From: Candidatus Anstonellales archaeon
Lineage (GTDB): Archaea > Micrarchaeota > Micrarchaeia > Anstonellales > J096
Length of the DNA stretch: 64,000 nucleotides
Assembly (NCBI GenBank): GCA_038890745.1
Contig: JAWAFD010000003.1
Location: 12,442 to 76,441, forward strand
Direction of reading: 5' to 3'
The stretch's first letter is position 1; each line of letters begins with the position of its first letter. The position numbers and the translations under genes are program-made. The notes beneath the pieces are model-generated. The model was given only the letters and a program-made list of their open reading frames with translations, did no database searches and had not been told where the DNA came from. Below are positions 18,444 to 29,459 of this stretch, piece by piece.

Positions 18444-21400
18444 ATTGAACATGTTTACTCTATGTAAAGAGGACTGAGACTTTCAATTTTTTAACATCTA
18501 CGTAATACGCTGAGACCTCTTGATTGAACATGTTTACTCTATGTAAAGAGGACTGAGACCGATTCACGACTCTGGATGAAAACTTAGAGTGCGGTATTGA
18601 ACATGTTTACTCTATGTAAAGAGGACTGAGACCCTTTCTTTTTTATTACTGCCAGATGAAACAGCCTGTGATTGAACATGTTTACTCTATGTAAAGAGGA
18701 CTGAGACCACCCTGAGACCCAGCAACTATCCACGCCTCACCCGTATTGAACATGTTTACTCTATGTAAAGAGGACTGAGACCGACCAGAAGAAGGAGATT
18801 GGAACCCCCCGCAACCTGTGCATTGAACATGTTTACTCTATGTAAAGAGGACTGAGACGAATAAAAGAAGAGCTCGCTGCCGCAAAGAGATGCCTAATCC
18901 ATTGAACATGTTTACTCTATGTAAAGAGGACTGAGACAGTCCTTTTGTGTAGGCTTCCTTTGCTGCTGTGACTGATTGAACATGTTTACTCTATGTAAAG
19001 AGGACTGAGACATTCCTCATTTTGTTTTTTGAGTTCTTCGTTTTGTTTTTATTGAACATGTTTACTCTATGTAAAGAGGACTGAGACTTTTCATCAGGTT
19101 TATAGTCAGGCTTGATGTCGGGTTTATTGAACATGTTTACTCTATGTAAAGAGGACTGAGACGTCGAGAAATTTTATAATGTGGGGTACTGCCCTTGCAT
19201 ATTGAACATGTTTACTCTATGTAAAGAGGACTGAGACGTCGAGAAATTTTATAATGTGGGGTACTGCCCTTGCATATTGAACATGTTTACTCTATGTAAA
19301 GAGGACTGAGACTTCTCCCAATCGCAACAGCAGCCCGAAATCGTACTTTTATTGAACATGTTTACTCTATGTAAAGAGGACTGAGACTGCTGGTGCTCCA
19401 TACTGCAATATATTTTCAGTGGGGGCATAAATTGAACATGTTTACTCTATGTAAAGAGGACTGAGACTTGAAGAATAGCAATTAAGGTATTCTGTTTCTA
19501 TCACTATTGAACATGTTTACTCTATGTAAAGAGGACTGAGACTTTAGTGGATTAGCGGAAGTGAGGGGGGAGGGGTATAATGATTGAACATGTTTACTCT
19601 ATGTAAAGAGGACTGAGACTATTTTTTCTATTTTTTCTTCATTCATTCTTACCACCTCGATTGAACATGTTTACTCTATGTAAAGAGGACTGAGACTTTT
19701 CGCAATTCCGCTATCTCTAAGTCTCCAACTAAATCTATTGAACATGTTTACTCTATGTAAAGAGGACTGAGACGGGGTCCCTCGTTGACAACTCCCCCAC
19801 ATCCATTTTACCACCTATTGAACATGTTTACTCTATGTAAAGAGGACTGAGACTTATTTCCAAAAACTTCATATACTCTTCCATCATGTTCAAAAGATTG
19901 AACATGTTTACTCTATGTAAAGAGGACTGAGACAGGGCTCAAACAACATTATACTACCTACAAAAATTGCAAGAAATTGAACATGTTTACTCTATGTAAA
20001 GAGGACTGAGACAAGCCTCTATAAGACTAGGGACAGCCGCAGAACAATCCCCATTGAACATGTTTACTCTATGTAAAGAGGACTGAGACTGGAACATAAA
20101 AATTAACCTAAGGAAAGTTATAACTTCTGCGATTGAACATGTTTACTCTATGTAAAGAGGACTGAGACTGAAAACTTCATCGCACTCTGAACAACCACAC
20201 CCGCAAATTGAACATGTTTACTCTATGTAAAGAGGACTGAGACTTATTCAAGATAATAAGTCCTACACAAACTAACAATAACGATTGAACATGTTTACTC
20301 TATGTAAAGAGGACTGAGACCTTCAAAAAATACAACAGAAAACAGGGTGAATTTAAAATATTGAACATGTTTACTCTATGTAAAGAGGACTGAGACCACA
20401 TCTTAACTAACTCCTGCGGGCATACTTCTATCATTGAACATGTTTACTCTATGTAAAGAGGACTGAGACCTTCTTTTTTTCTTTTTCTCATAAAATTTTA
20501 TTTTGTTTTATTGAACATGTTTACTCTATGTAAAGAGGACTGAGACGAACTTATATTGTGGAAACACTTTTGATAGAATTTTTACATTGAACATGTTTAC
20601 TCTATGTAAAGAGGACTGAGACATGCAAAAAAACAGTTTGTTATTTCTACAAAAAAATCTATTGAACATGTTTACTCTATGTAAAGAGGACTGAGACACT
20701 ACCCACGACTCACCAGTGTTTGAGAGGCCACCCCCATTGAACATGTTTACTCTATGTAAAGAGGACTGAGACTATTTTTTCTATTTTTTCTTCATTCATT
20801 CTTACCACCTCGATTGAACATGTTTACTCTATGTAAAGAGGACTGAGACTTGTTTTCTCCAGGGGAAACCTCTTCAGAGGTTTCCCCGTGAATTGAACAT
20901 GTTTACTCTATGTAAAGAGGACTGAGACCGGATGTATATCGGAGATAGGGGTTCCCCCTTCGAACCCGATTGAACATGTTTACTCTATGTAAAGAGGACT
21001 GAGACTTTTCATTTTTTCACCTCTTTTATTTTTTTCCTCTATTATTGAACATGTTTACTCTATGTAAAGAGGACTGAGACTACACCTCTATAGTGAAGTC
21101 CTCTCTGTGGTGGAAGAGGATTGAACATGTTTACTCTATGTAAAGAGGACTGAGACCTATTGTTTTATTTCCACTTATCACTGCTACTGTCTTCTCCATT
21201 GAACATGTTTACTCTATGTAAAGAGGACTGAGACAAATCCAAATATTTTATATTAATGCACACCTTTTCCTGTGGATTGAACATGTTTACTCTATGTAAA
21301 GAGGACTGAGACCCATAGGAAGGAGGGCGTGGCATCCGCAAGCGAGTTCTCCATTGAACATGTTTACTCTATGTAAAGAGGACTGAGACATTTTTTGTTT

Positions 21401-23077
21401 CGTTATGTTTTTTTATGTTATCGCCTCATTGAACATGTTTACTCTATGTAAAGAGGACTGAGACACCCGTAAATTCATCAAAACATAGCACCTTAACAAT
21501 GTAATTGAACATGTTTACTCTATGTAAAGAGGACTGAGACATTATAGTAAAAACCTTCGCTTCCAAACAACCCTTTCCATTGAACATGTTTACTCTATGT
21601 AAAGAGGACTGAGACTAGCGACCTACCCGTGAAGCCAGCATAATCTTTCCAAATATTGAACATGTTTACTCTATGTAAAGAGGACTGAGACAATAATAAA
21701 CAGTTGTGTGTGTTGCATGCAAATAATCAATTGAACATGTTTACTCTATGTAAAGAGGACTGAGACTATACTCTACTGTGCGGGCGCGGTATTTTTTTGT
21801 TTTGATTGAACATGTTTACTCTATGTAAAGAGGACTGAGACTTTACTCAACAAACCTTTTTCTATTGCGAGATGATTATATCATTGAACATGTTTACTCT
21901 ATGTAAAGAGGACTGAGACTGTTCAATTTGCGTAAGGGTCTTCTGCGTTTCCTGTGATGTTAAAAATTGAACATGTTTACTCTATGTAAAGAGGACTGAG
22001 ACGCCTTTACCACTTTTTTCACCTCCGAGAATTAAGTTTATTGAACATGTTTACTCTATGTAAAGAGGACTGAGACGCTATGAATTCAAACGTATACGGA
22101 ACATATTTATCTCAATTGAACATGTTTACTCTATGTAAAGAGGACTGAGACCAATTATATTAAGCACTTTGCGGATAAAAGAATTAGAAATTGAACATGT
22201 TTACTCTATGTAAAGAGGACTGAGACATGTACTATCCCTCGATGGCGGGGAATAACCCAACTAATCATTGAACATGTTTACTCTATGTAAAGAGGACTGA
22301 GACTCATCTAATCACCTTGCTATTTATCTTAAACCAAACATTATTGAACATGTTTACTCTATGTAAAGAGGACTGAGACTCCCCGCAAAAAACCAGTCAA
22401 CGAGGGACTTCGGGGGGTCCCTATTGAACATGTTTACTCTATGTAAAGAGGACTGAGACTATGTTTATATAGGGTTTTTTGTCGAATGTTATTTTCACTT
22501 ATTGAACATGTTTACTCTATGTAAAGAGGACTGAGACAACCATAATTCTATGTCCAACTCCATTTTATCAGCCTCCTTATTGAACATGTTTACTCTATGT
22601 AAAGAGGACTGAGACGAGGTATTTTTTCTCTATATTGTAAGGGTATGACTGCTAAACCAAGATTGAACATGTTTACTCTATGTAAAGAGGACTGAGACTT
22701 TACCCTTGCTACTCCCTGGCTTGGAAATTCCATTGAATTGAACATGTTTACTCTATGTAAAGAGGACTGAGACTCCCAGCAAAAAACCAATCAACGAGGG
22801 CCTTCGGGGGATCCATTGAACATGTTTACTCTATGTAAAGAGGACTGAGACTTGAGGATATATTTCAGAACAAAAGAGCTAAAAGAAATTGGATTGAACA
22901 TGTTTACTCTATGTAAAGAGGACTGAGACTGTAAGTTTATGTTGTTTTGTGTAGAAGTTTTCACACATTGAACATGTTTACTCTATGTAAAGAGGACTGA
23001 GACGCCTTTTTCTGCACATAGGAAAGCGCCTTTGGTTCCAATTGAACATGTTTACTCTATGTAAAGAGGACTGCTAC
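18444..23077 (+). CRISPR. CRISPR array: 61 repeats of 37 nt (ATTGAACATGTTTACTCTATGTAAAGAGGACTGAGAC), 60 spacers of ~36-46 nt
   Basis: Manual count; last repeat degenerate (..CTGCTAC); leader on the left; 3' ACTGAGAC resembles the usual 8-nt handle. Confidence 0.98.
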
Positions 23078-23197
23078 ACGGATTTCTAAATCGAATAATT
23101 CTTTTCTCTTATTAGAAAAATATCTACCGTACTGGTGAACGCATACATAAAATTTTTTTTCCTCACGGTTTAAAAACTCGATTTTTCTTTTCTTTTC

Positions 23198-23929
23198 ATG
23201 AAAACCTACAAACTTATTGCCACAGCCATGCTTGCAGCATTGGCGTTTGTTTTTCAGCTTACAAACAACCTTATTGGAATTCCGACTGGGTTTGGGATGA
23301 CGGTTGACCTTGCAGCGTTTCCTGTTATTCTCGCATTTCTCATATTTGGTGCAGAGTATGGAATATCCTCTCTTATGATGCTTGGCTTACTAATCCTCCT
23401 TTCATCTCCAACAGGTTTTATAGGGGCGATAATGAAGGTTTCAGCAACCCTACCGATGATACTCGTTCCGTTTGCGATTGCAAAATCAAAAGGAATGAGC
23501 TTAGCAAAGACACTCATCCTGCTGTTCATCTTCATTCTTCTATTCTTCTATGCGAGCGCATTCTTTTCTCAGTTCCACCCAATCATTCCAGCAATTTTTC
23601 TTTTAGGAATAGCCCTTCTCTCAACAAGAATAAAAGGAGATGTGGAGCTAAACAGCCCAACCATCCTCCTCATCTCTCTTGCGATTGCCATCATCATAAG
23701 GGGGATTGCGATGATTGTTGCAAACATATATTTTGCAGGACCCATGTTTTTCCACATGAGTTCAGACCAATTCGTTTCATTTTTACAAACAATCGAGCTT
23801 CCATTTTTAGGAAAAGACTGGGCATACATGGTGATATTCTTCTGGAATGCTGTCCAGGGAACGATTGAATTCAGTTTGGCATGGGTTTTTGCATACGCAT
23901 TTGGGTTGAGGAGAAGGTATGGAGAATAG
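23198..23929 (+). CDS. ECF transporter S component
   Basis: AMLAALA motif in TM1, multi-TM, precedes an ATPase and T component. Confidence 0.75.
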   Translation: MKTYKLIATAMLAALAFVFQLTNNLIGIPTGFGMTVDLAAFPVILAFLIFGAEYGISSLMMLGLLILLSSPTGFIGAIMKVSATLPMILVPFAIAKSKGMSLAKTLILLFIFILLFFYASAFFSQFHPIIPAIFLLGIALLSTRIKGDVELNSPTILLISLAIAIIIRGIAMIVANIYFAGPMFFHMSSDQFVSFLQTIELPFLGKDWAYMVIFFWNAVQGTIEFSLAWVFAYAFGLRRRYGE

Positions 23930-24644
23930 GATCCTTATACAAAACCTTTCTGTTTCCTATGCAAATGGAGTGCCTGCACTTTCAGGAATAAATCTAAAAG
24001 TAAAAAAAGGAGAAATTGTTGCGATATTGGGTGCTAACGGAAGCGGAAAATCCACCCTCCTTTATACCATAAATGGAATAATCCCCCATCTAATAAAAGC
24101 AAAAATCTTAGGAGAGGTTTTAGTGGATGGAAAAAAGCCAGAAACCCCCTCAAAGATGGCTGAAAAAATAGGAATTCTATTCCAAAACCCAGATGATCAG
24201 ATATTCACCCAAAGGGTTTTTGATGAGCTGGTTTTTGGAATGAGGAACCTAAAAAGGTTTGATGAAAAGAAAGCAGAAAAATTATTGAAAGAATCAGGTT
24301 TATACAAATTCAGAAACTCAGACCCATTCGATTTATCCTTTGGGCAAAGGCAAAAACTATGCTTCTATTCTTTGCTTGCGATGGACCCAGAAATATTCCT
24401 TCTGGATGAGCCTTCCTCAAGCCTGGATTATCCATCCTCCTTAGAGATATATTCTGTAATAAGAAAGCTTACAAAAAAAGGAAAAACATTCATGATAGTG
24501 GAGCATGATGCAGACCTTCTATTGGATACTGCGGATAGGTTTGTAATTTTGAAAGATGGAAGGATTATAGCAGAGGGAAAAAAAGAGATATTCAAACTTA
24601 AAAAAATAAAAAACGCAGGGATAAAGATTCCAAGAGGGATATGA
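23919..24644 (+). CDS. ECF transporter ATPase
   Basis: GANGSGKS, FQNPDDQIF, LSFGQ, LLDEP. Confidence 0.9.
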   Translation: MENRILIQNLSVSYANGVPALSGINLKVKKGEIVAILGANGSGKSTLLYTINGIIPHLIKAKILGEVLVDGKKPETPSKMAEKIGILFQNPDDQIFTQRVFDELVFGMRNLKRFDEKKAEKLLKESGLYKFRNSDPFDLSFGQRQKLCFYSLLAMDPEIFLLDEPSSSLDYPSSLEIYSVIRKLTKKGKTFMIVEHDADLLLDTADRFVILKDGRIIAEGKKEIFKLKKIKNAGIKIPRGI

Positions 24645-25114
24645 TGCTTTTTTTTATTCTCTTTGTGATTGTTTTTCTTTCTCTTCTTCCTTTGGAATAC
24701 TCAATGTATTATTTTCCAGTTATTTTTTTGTTTGCAGTCCTAAAAAAAGTTGAGTTAAAAAATGTATTTTTGCTTGCCATACCAGTTTTTTTAGTTTGTA
24801 TTTTTCTCCCGCAACCGATAGAAAGATTGCTTTATTTTGTTTCAGTTCTTCTTCTTCCGGCAATATACATAAAAACAAGATCAATCCAGGAAATAAAGAA
24901 TGAACTATCAGCAATAGGAATAAATGGAGAAATGTTTCTCCTTTCCATGGAATACTCAAAACTAATGGCAAAAAAAATCGAAAAGAATTCCATTGCAAAA
25001 AAAACAAGGAAGGGAAGGTTTTCTTCCCCCCTCCCAATTTTTCACTTCCTTTTCAGAAGGGCAAAGGCCCTTTCCCTTTCCATAGAATCCAGAGGCTATG
25101 GGAGCTTCTTGTAG
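24641..25114 (+). CDS. Short ECF T component
   Basis: Hydrophobic N-half; C-terminal IESRGY motif. Confidence 0.7.
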   Translation: MMLFFILFVIVFLSLLPLEYSMYYFPVIFLFAVLKKVELKNVFLLAIPVFLVCIFLPQPIERLLYFVSVLLLPAIYIKTRSIQEIKNELSAIGINGEMFLLSMEYSKLMAKKIEKNSIAKKTRKGRFSSPLPIFHFLFRRAKALSLSIESRGYGSFL

Positions 25115-26394
25115 CGTATTTTGAAGGTTATTTCCTTCTTCCCTTCTCCAAGAGAGAACTTCCATGTAATCTTATCCTGGGTTTTCTCAGCAGGCTGCTC
25201 GCTCAAGGAATAAAGTTCCCAGTCACCATAGTGTGGATAGAAATTCACCTCAATTTTTTCCACGGTTGTTCCATGGTTTTGTATTGTTATCCTATAGCTG
25301 TATTCATAGCTCGTAATTCCTTCCTTATAATCAAGGGTTTCTGTTTTCCCAGTTACATCAAAGCTTTTTCCACTTTCAAGCTCAACCAAACTTCCCTTCC
25401 CCTTATTCCCAATGCTGGAAGCACCAACAAGCATCCCATCAGCAACAACCTTCACCTCTCCGGAAGGCATCTCACGAGGTGCGCTGAAAGAATAGATGGT
25501 TGAGAGTGCGCTCTCCTCCTGGTCATATCCATAGGATTTGTATCTCAGTGTTTTGTTTACATCCATCTCCTCTTTATACATCTCATAGGATTTTTTCTCT
25601 TTGTCCTTTATGCTCACAGGCATGCTCAACTCATACACATGGAACTCCTCAACCTTTCCTCCATACTCAACCGGTGCAGCAGACTCCATCATCGCTCCCT
25701 TTGCCATAGCATAATCAGCATATGGATAGTATCTCTGTCCATAGTTTATCTCACCAGCAACAAGCTTTACCTTTACATTCTCTATATCCTTTCCGCAATT
25801 GTTGTTTATGTTTGCCCTTGCTTTTATCACACCTTTATTTCCATTCACAAATAGATAGTAATCCGTCCCCCAATCCAATCCAGTAAAAGCATAGTAAACC
25901 TTGAACTGGTTATCCTCTCCATCAAGCTTGAATTCCCCAATTGTTTTCTTTTTTGCATACTCAGGAATCACATATCCAAGAGGATGAAGCGCATACACCC
26001 CATCGCTCGTCTCAACATACACCGTCCCTCCTTTCACATCCAGAAGCTTTCCGCTAACCTTCATCTGATCATCATAAACAGTTATTTGCTGGCCTATGAA
26101 ATTTTCAAGCTCTGTCTGTTGCATAACTATGCTCTGATCGATAACATTAGAGCCGACTGGGATTAGTATCAAGCTTTCATCTATTATTGTTTCTGGAAGC
26201 TCAATCTCAAGCGTGTTTGTTGGCTGCGTCGTAAATGCAGAGCTGTAAAATGCAAAGTTTTTGTAAAGAATCATCTCTTCTCCTTCACTATCCATCGCGA
26301 CTGCGTTTGCAGTATTTGTAAGCAGGAATGCACCTATAAGAACAACAAACACAAGCAAAGCTATTCCATACCAAATTCTATTGTCTTTCTTCAT
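25096..26394 (-). CDS. DUF4139-like exported protein
   Basis: N-terminal TM; GLDWGTDY, VKLVAGEIN, FHVYEL..PVSI motifs. Confidence 0.7.
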   Translation of the reverse strand: MKKDNRIWYGIALLVFVVLIGAFLLTNTANAVAMDSEGEEMILYKNFAFYSSAFTTQPTNTLEIELPETIIDESLILIPVGSNVIDQSIVMQQTELENFIGQQITVYDDQMKVSGKLLDVKGGTVYVETSDGVYALHPLGYVIPEYAKKKTIGEFKLDGEDNQFKVYYAFTGLDWGTDYYLFVNGNKGVIKARANINNNCGKDIENVKVKLVAGEINYGQRYYPYADYAMAKGAMMESAAPVEYGGKVEEFHVYELSMPVSIKDKEKKSYEMYKEEMDVNKTLRYKSYGYDQEESALSTIYSFSAPREMPSGEVKVVADGMLVGASSIGNKGKGSLVELESGKSFDVTGKTETLDYKEGITSYEYSYRITIQNHGTTVEKIEVNFYPHYGDWELYSLSEQPAEKTQDKITWKFSLGEGKKEITFKIRYKKLP

Positions 26395-28235
26395 CCTATC
26401 TCCCTCCTAAGCATTATTCCAATTCCTAAAACTGAAAACAGGACCATACCAAGGCAGGATTTTGGTTTTTCCTCTTCAACAGGAGGAGCGATGTATTCAG
26501 TTGGTCCTCCAGATTCAACAGCGCATCTTCGAAGATTCACAAGCTCTTCATACTCCTCATACCCCTCTTTGTTTGCGCTGAGTACATACTCCCCGCTTTC
26601 CAATATCCTAAAGCTTATGGTCATTCCATCATACATTCTTTTTCCTATGCTTGAAAACTGCCCGGGCTGGATTCTTCTTTTCAACTCTACCATCACTCCA
26701 TTCAATTTCTGCCCATTCGCATACACATCTACCTCCAATTCATTCTGCGGGCATTTCATAGAATACTCAACCGTCATCTCAGGGAATTTTGCCAAAAACT
26801 TGAAGTTTTTGTACTCTGTTTCATTATTCCCTGCTGCATCCATTACCCTTATGGTTATTTTGTGCTGGCCTGTTGTTAGATTCGTCAGCTTAAAGTCTTT
26901 ACAGCCAAGGATTTCCTTCTCCTCTTCAGAATCTATCCTGTAAAAGCATTGGATTGGAGTAGTATCGCTCGCAACAAAATATACCTGAACCTCACCAGTA
27001 TACTCCTTTCCTTCCTCAGGAGATTTTATCTCGAGCAGGGGCGCTGTTGCATCCACCTTAAACCTTATGGTTTTCTCATCCTTTTTTCCAGCATAGTCAA
27101 CAACCCTTAGGGTAAGCGTGTGCTCCCCATCCGCAACATTCTTCAACTCATACTGCTTTATGCACCCAGAAATCTGATTCTGCACACCATCCAATATTGC
27201 CCAACACTGTGCAACAGCAACATCATCAAACGCCCTATACTTTACAATCACATTCCTCGTGTTAAGCACCTGTCCATCAACAGGCGCATCAAGATAAACG
27301 GTTGGTTCTCTCTGATCAAAAAAGCTTGTGAGCGGAAGGTTGTCGTACACCCCCCTAGCCACCTCATGAGGCGTTTCCCCAAACCCATCTCCATCAGAAT
27401 CATATCCCGTATACTTATCCCAGTAGTTTCCTCCCTGACATTTTCCACCTATTATGTTTGTTTGGTTGCAGTTTTTCTTTATGTTGAAATCATTGTCAGT
27501 ATATCCAACATCAGCATCCTTATTGTTCCCCTCAAATTTGTTATCATATATAACATTCTCCTCGCCGTTAATAACGAGCGCATAATCCGTATTCTCAACA
27601 AATCTATTCCTGTGTATGCTGCACTCATCCTTTACAACCAGCCCTTTTTTATTTTTCTCAAAAATGTTATTTCTTATAGTGGCCTCTCCTAAGATTTCTG
27701 CCCCGCTAGTCGAGCACTCCTTAAATTCGCACTCCTCAACCAAAATATCGCTTGAACTTTCATCTATGCTGAGCCCAACCTTTCCTTTTGAAAACCTTGT
27801 TTTTTTCACAAAGATACTATTCGAGCCGATTATTTTCACCTGGCTATCACCTGCCGAAAAATAGGAATTGGTTATGTTTACATCCTCTGAGTTTGATATA
27901 AAAAACTGAACAGAGGAAGAATCTATACCATAAATCGTTATCCCCTTTCCTGTTATGTTTGCCCTTCCCTTCTCCATTTTGCATTCCTGCATCTTAAAGT
28001 TGTCCGCGTCAACTAGAATAAGAACGGCCGAGGAAGAGTTTGCAGTTATTTTTTTCCCGTTGCAATCCAGCACAACATCATCAGCGCTTACTATTATACA
28101 TGGGCTCTCATTGGCGTTAAGGTTTGCAGAGAGCGTGTATGTTCCAGAAGAGCTTATCTCTACGCACTCGGTTATGTCACTAGCAGCGATCAATCCAAAG
28201 ACCATCAAAAACACAAAAAAAGCCTTAAGGTTCAT
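26391..28235 (-). CDS. Cell-surface protein: beta-helix (NosD/pectin-lyase-like) + Ig-like repeats + C-terminal anchor
   Basis: Signal peptide; GGNYWDKYTGYDSDGDGFGE; VDATAP Ig linkers; C-terminal TM. Confidence 0.8.
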   Translation of the reverse strand: MNLKAFFVFLMVFGLIAASDITECVEISSSGTYTLSANLNANESPCIIVSADDVVLDCNGKKITANSSSAVLILVDADNFKMQECKMEKGRANITGKGITIYGIDSSSVQFFISNSEDVNITNSYFSAGDSQVKIIGSNSIFVKKTRFSKGKVGLSIDESSSDILVEECEFKECSTSGAEILGEATIRNNIFEKNKKGLVVKDECSIHRNRFVENTDYALVINGEENVIYDNKFEGNNKDADVGYTDNDFNIKKNCNQTNIIGGKCQGGNYWDKYTGYDSDGDGFGETPHEVARGVYDNLPLTSFFDQREPTVYLDAPVDGQVLNTRNVIVKYRAFDDVAVAQCWAILDGVQNQISGCIKQYELKNVADGEHTLTLRVVDYAGKKDEKTIRFKVDATAPLLEIKSPEEGKEYTGEVQVYFVASDTTPIQCFYRIDSEEEKEILGCKDFKLTNLTTGQHKITIRVMDAAGNNETEYKNFKFLAKFPEMTVEYSMKCPQNELEVDVYANGQKLNGVMVELKRRIQPGQFSSIGKRMYDGMTISFRILESGEYVLSANKEGYEEYEELVNLRRCAVESGGPTEYIAPPVEEEKPKSCLGMVLFSVLGIGIMLRREIG

Positions 28236-28329
28236 GAGGCTGTTTGATGCGTTCTTTTTTTAAGTTTTCCTAATTTTTTAGGGGAAAACCACAATCTATT
28301 TTTAAACATTTTTATGCAAAAAAATCACC

Positions 28330-28989
28330 ATGATTAAAACCTACAGCTCTGATACTCGCAAACCTCTTTATGCAAAACTCGAAAATCATCTGAAAAGCAG
28401 AGGCTACGGAAACCCATGGCAAAAATATAAAATACTTACTGATATCGATGAGAATGAAAAAACCAGCATCCTTTTTCTTGGATTGCATGCGGGTATAGAG
28501 CCGGTTTCAGGATTAATTCTTTTGCTTCACAAAAGAATTTCCAATTCAAGGATTTTTATAATAGAATACAGCGAGGATGTGAAGTTGGAGGATAGGTTGA
28601 AGAGCCACGAAACAACAGAAGCACCTTTTATTAGAGAAAAAATGGCAGATGTAGTAGTATCCATCCATACCATGCCAGATGACTGGCTTGAAAGAAAGAT
28701 TGCAGTAGGTGGCTTGCCAAAACAATCCGAACTTAAAAAAATTCTCGCTGAGAAGCTTAGCCAGGCAATTTCTTTAGAGGTGATAATTGCGAACGGTGAA
28801 AATGGGTTTAAAGAGTTTATCGTTCAAGGCCAGAAGAAAACAAACCCAGTTAACTATGCTGCAATAAGGGAAGGGGTTCAGATAGAGTTTCCTTACTTCC
28901 TTCTAAAAGACGGGGCGCATGATGAGAGTATAGCAACCGGAATAATAGATTCATTGTTGAATTATTTTCATCTGTGCTCCCATTTATAG
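28330..28989 (+). CDS. Poly-gamma-glutamate hydrolase-like zinc peptidase (PghP/DUF867)
   Basis: LHAGIEP, VSIH, IAVGG, NPVN, GVQIE motifs in family order. Confidence 0.65.
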   Translation: MIKTYSSDTRKPLYAKLENHLKSRGYGNPWQKYKILTDIDENEKTSILFLGLHAGIEPVSGLILLLHKRISNSRIFIIEYSEDVKLEDRLKSHETTEAPFIREKMADVVVSIHTMPDDWLERKIAVGGLPKQSELKKILAEKLSQAISLEVIIANGENGFKEFIVQGQKKTNPVNYAAIREGVQIEFPYFLLKDGAHDESIATGIIDSLLNYFHLCSHL

Positions 28990-29459
28990 GTTCCACTGTA
29001 CCCTTCCCCTGTTTTCTCAACCAATCTTACGAAAATCATCTGCCCTATCTTTGCATTCCTCTTCAGCATTATCCCCTTTTTGTTATGCACAGTAAGGAGC
29101 ATCTCCCCTCTTCCTTCATACCCAGGGTCCCATACAGCAGTATGTAATGTTGCGCCGCACCTAAGTAAAGAAGAGCGAGGAAAAACAAGCGCCATCATAT
29201 CCTGCGGAATTTTTATGTATTCGTTGAAGCTTACCTTATACGCTCCCTGTTTTAGTTTTATCCACCCATTCTTTCCAAAATTCAATTCCTTGCATTCGCT
29301 TATTTTTCTCTCAGAGTTGTCAAAATCAACCTTCCCCATTCCTTTAAAACTAAAAATTTTTTTCAAAGTCAGGTCTACTCCTGCTGGCTGAAACTGTTCA
29401 TTGCTCAAAAAATCAGAAACAAGAGAGGAAGAGATCAGATGCTCTTTTGGGAGAATCAT
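28968..29459 (-). CDS. dut: dUTPase (dCTP deaminase/dUTPase family)
   Basis: QPAGVDL, PRSSLLR, WDPGYEG. Confidence 0.85.
   Translation of the reverse strand: MILPKEHLISSSLVSDFLSNEQFQPAGVDLTLKKIFSFKGMGKVDFDNSERKISECKELNFGKNGWIKLKQGAYKVSFNEYIKIPQDMMALVFPRSSLLRCGATLHTAVWDPGYEGRGEMLLTVHNKKGIMLKRNAKIGQMIFVRLVEKTGEGYSGTYKWEHR

Noticed and set aside
21108..21119. Spacer match TGGTGGAAGAGG to the 45.4-45.8 kb repeat (self-targeting)
   Set aside because: Only 12 nt with non-matching flanks. I noticed no full-length self-match in the window, but this was not searched exhaustively.
20526..22790. ORFs within the CRISPR array
   Set aside because: They are translations of repeats and spacers.
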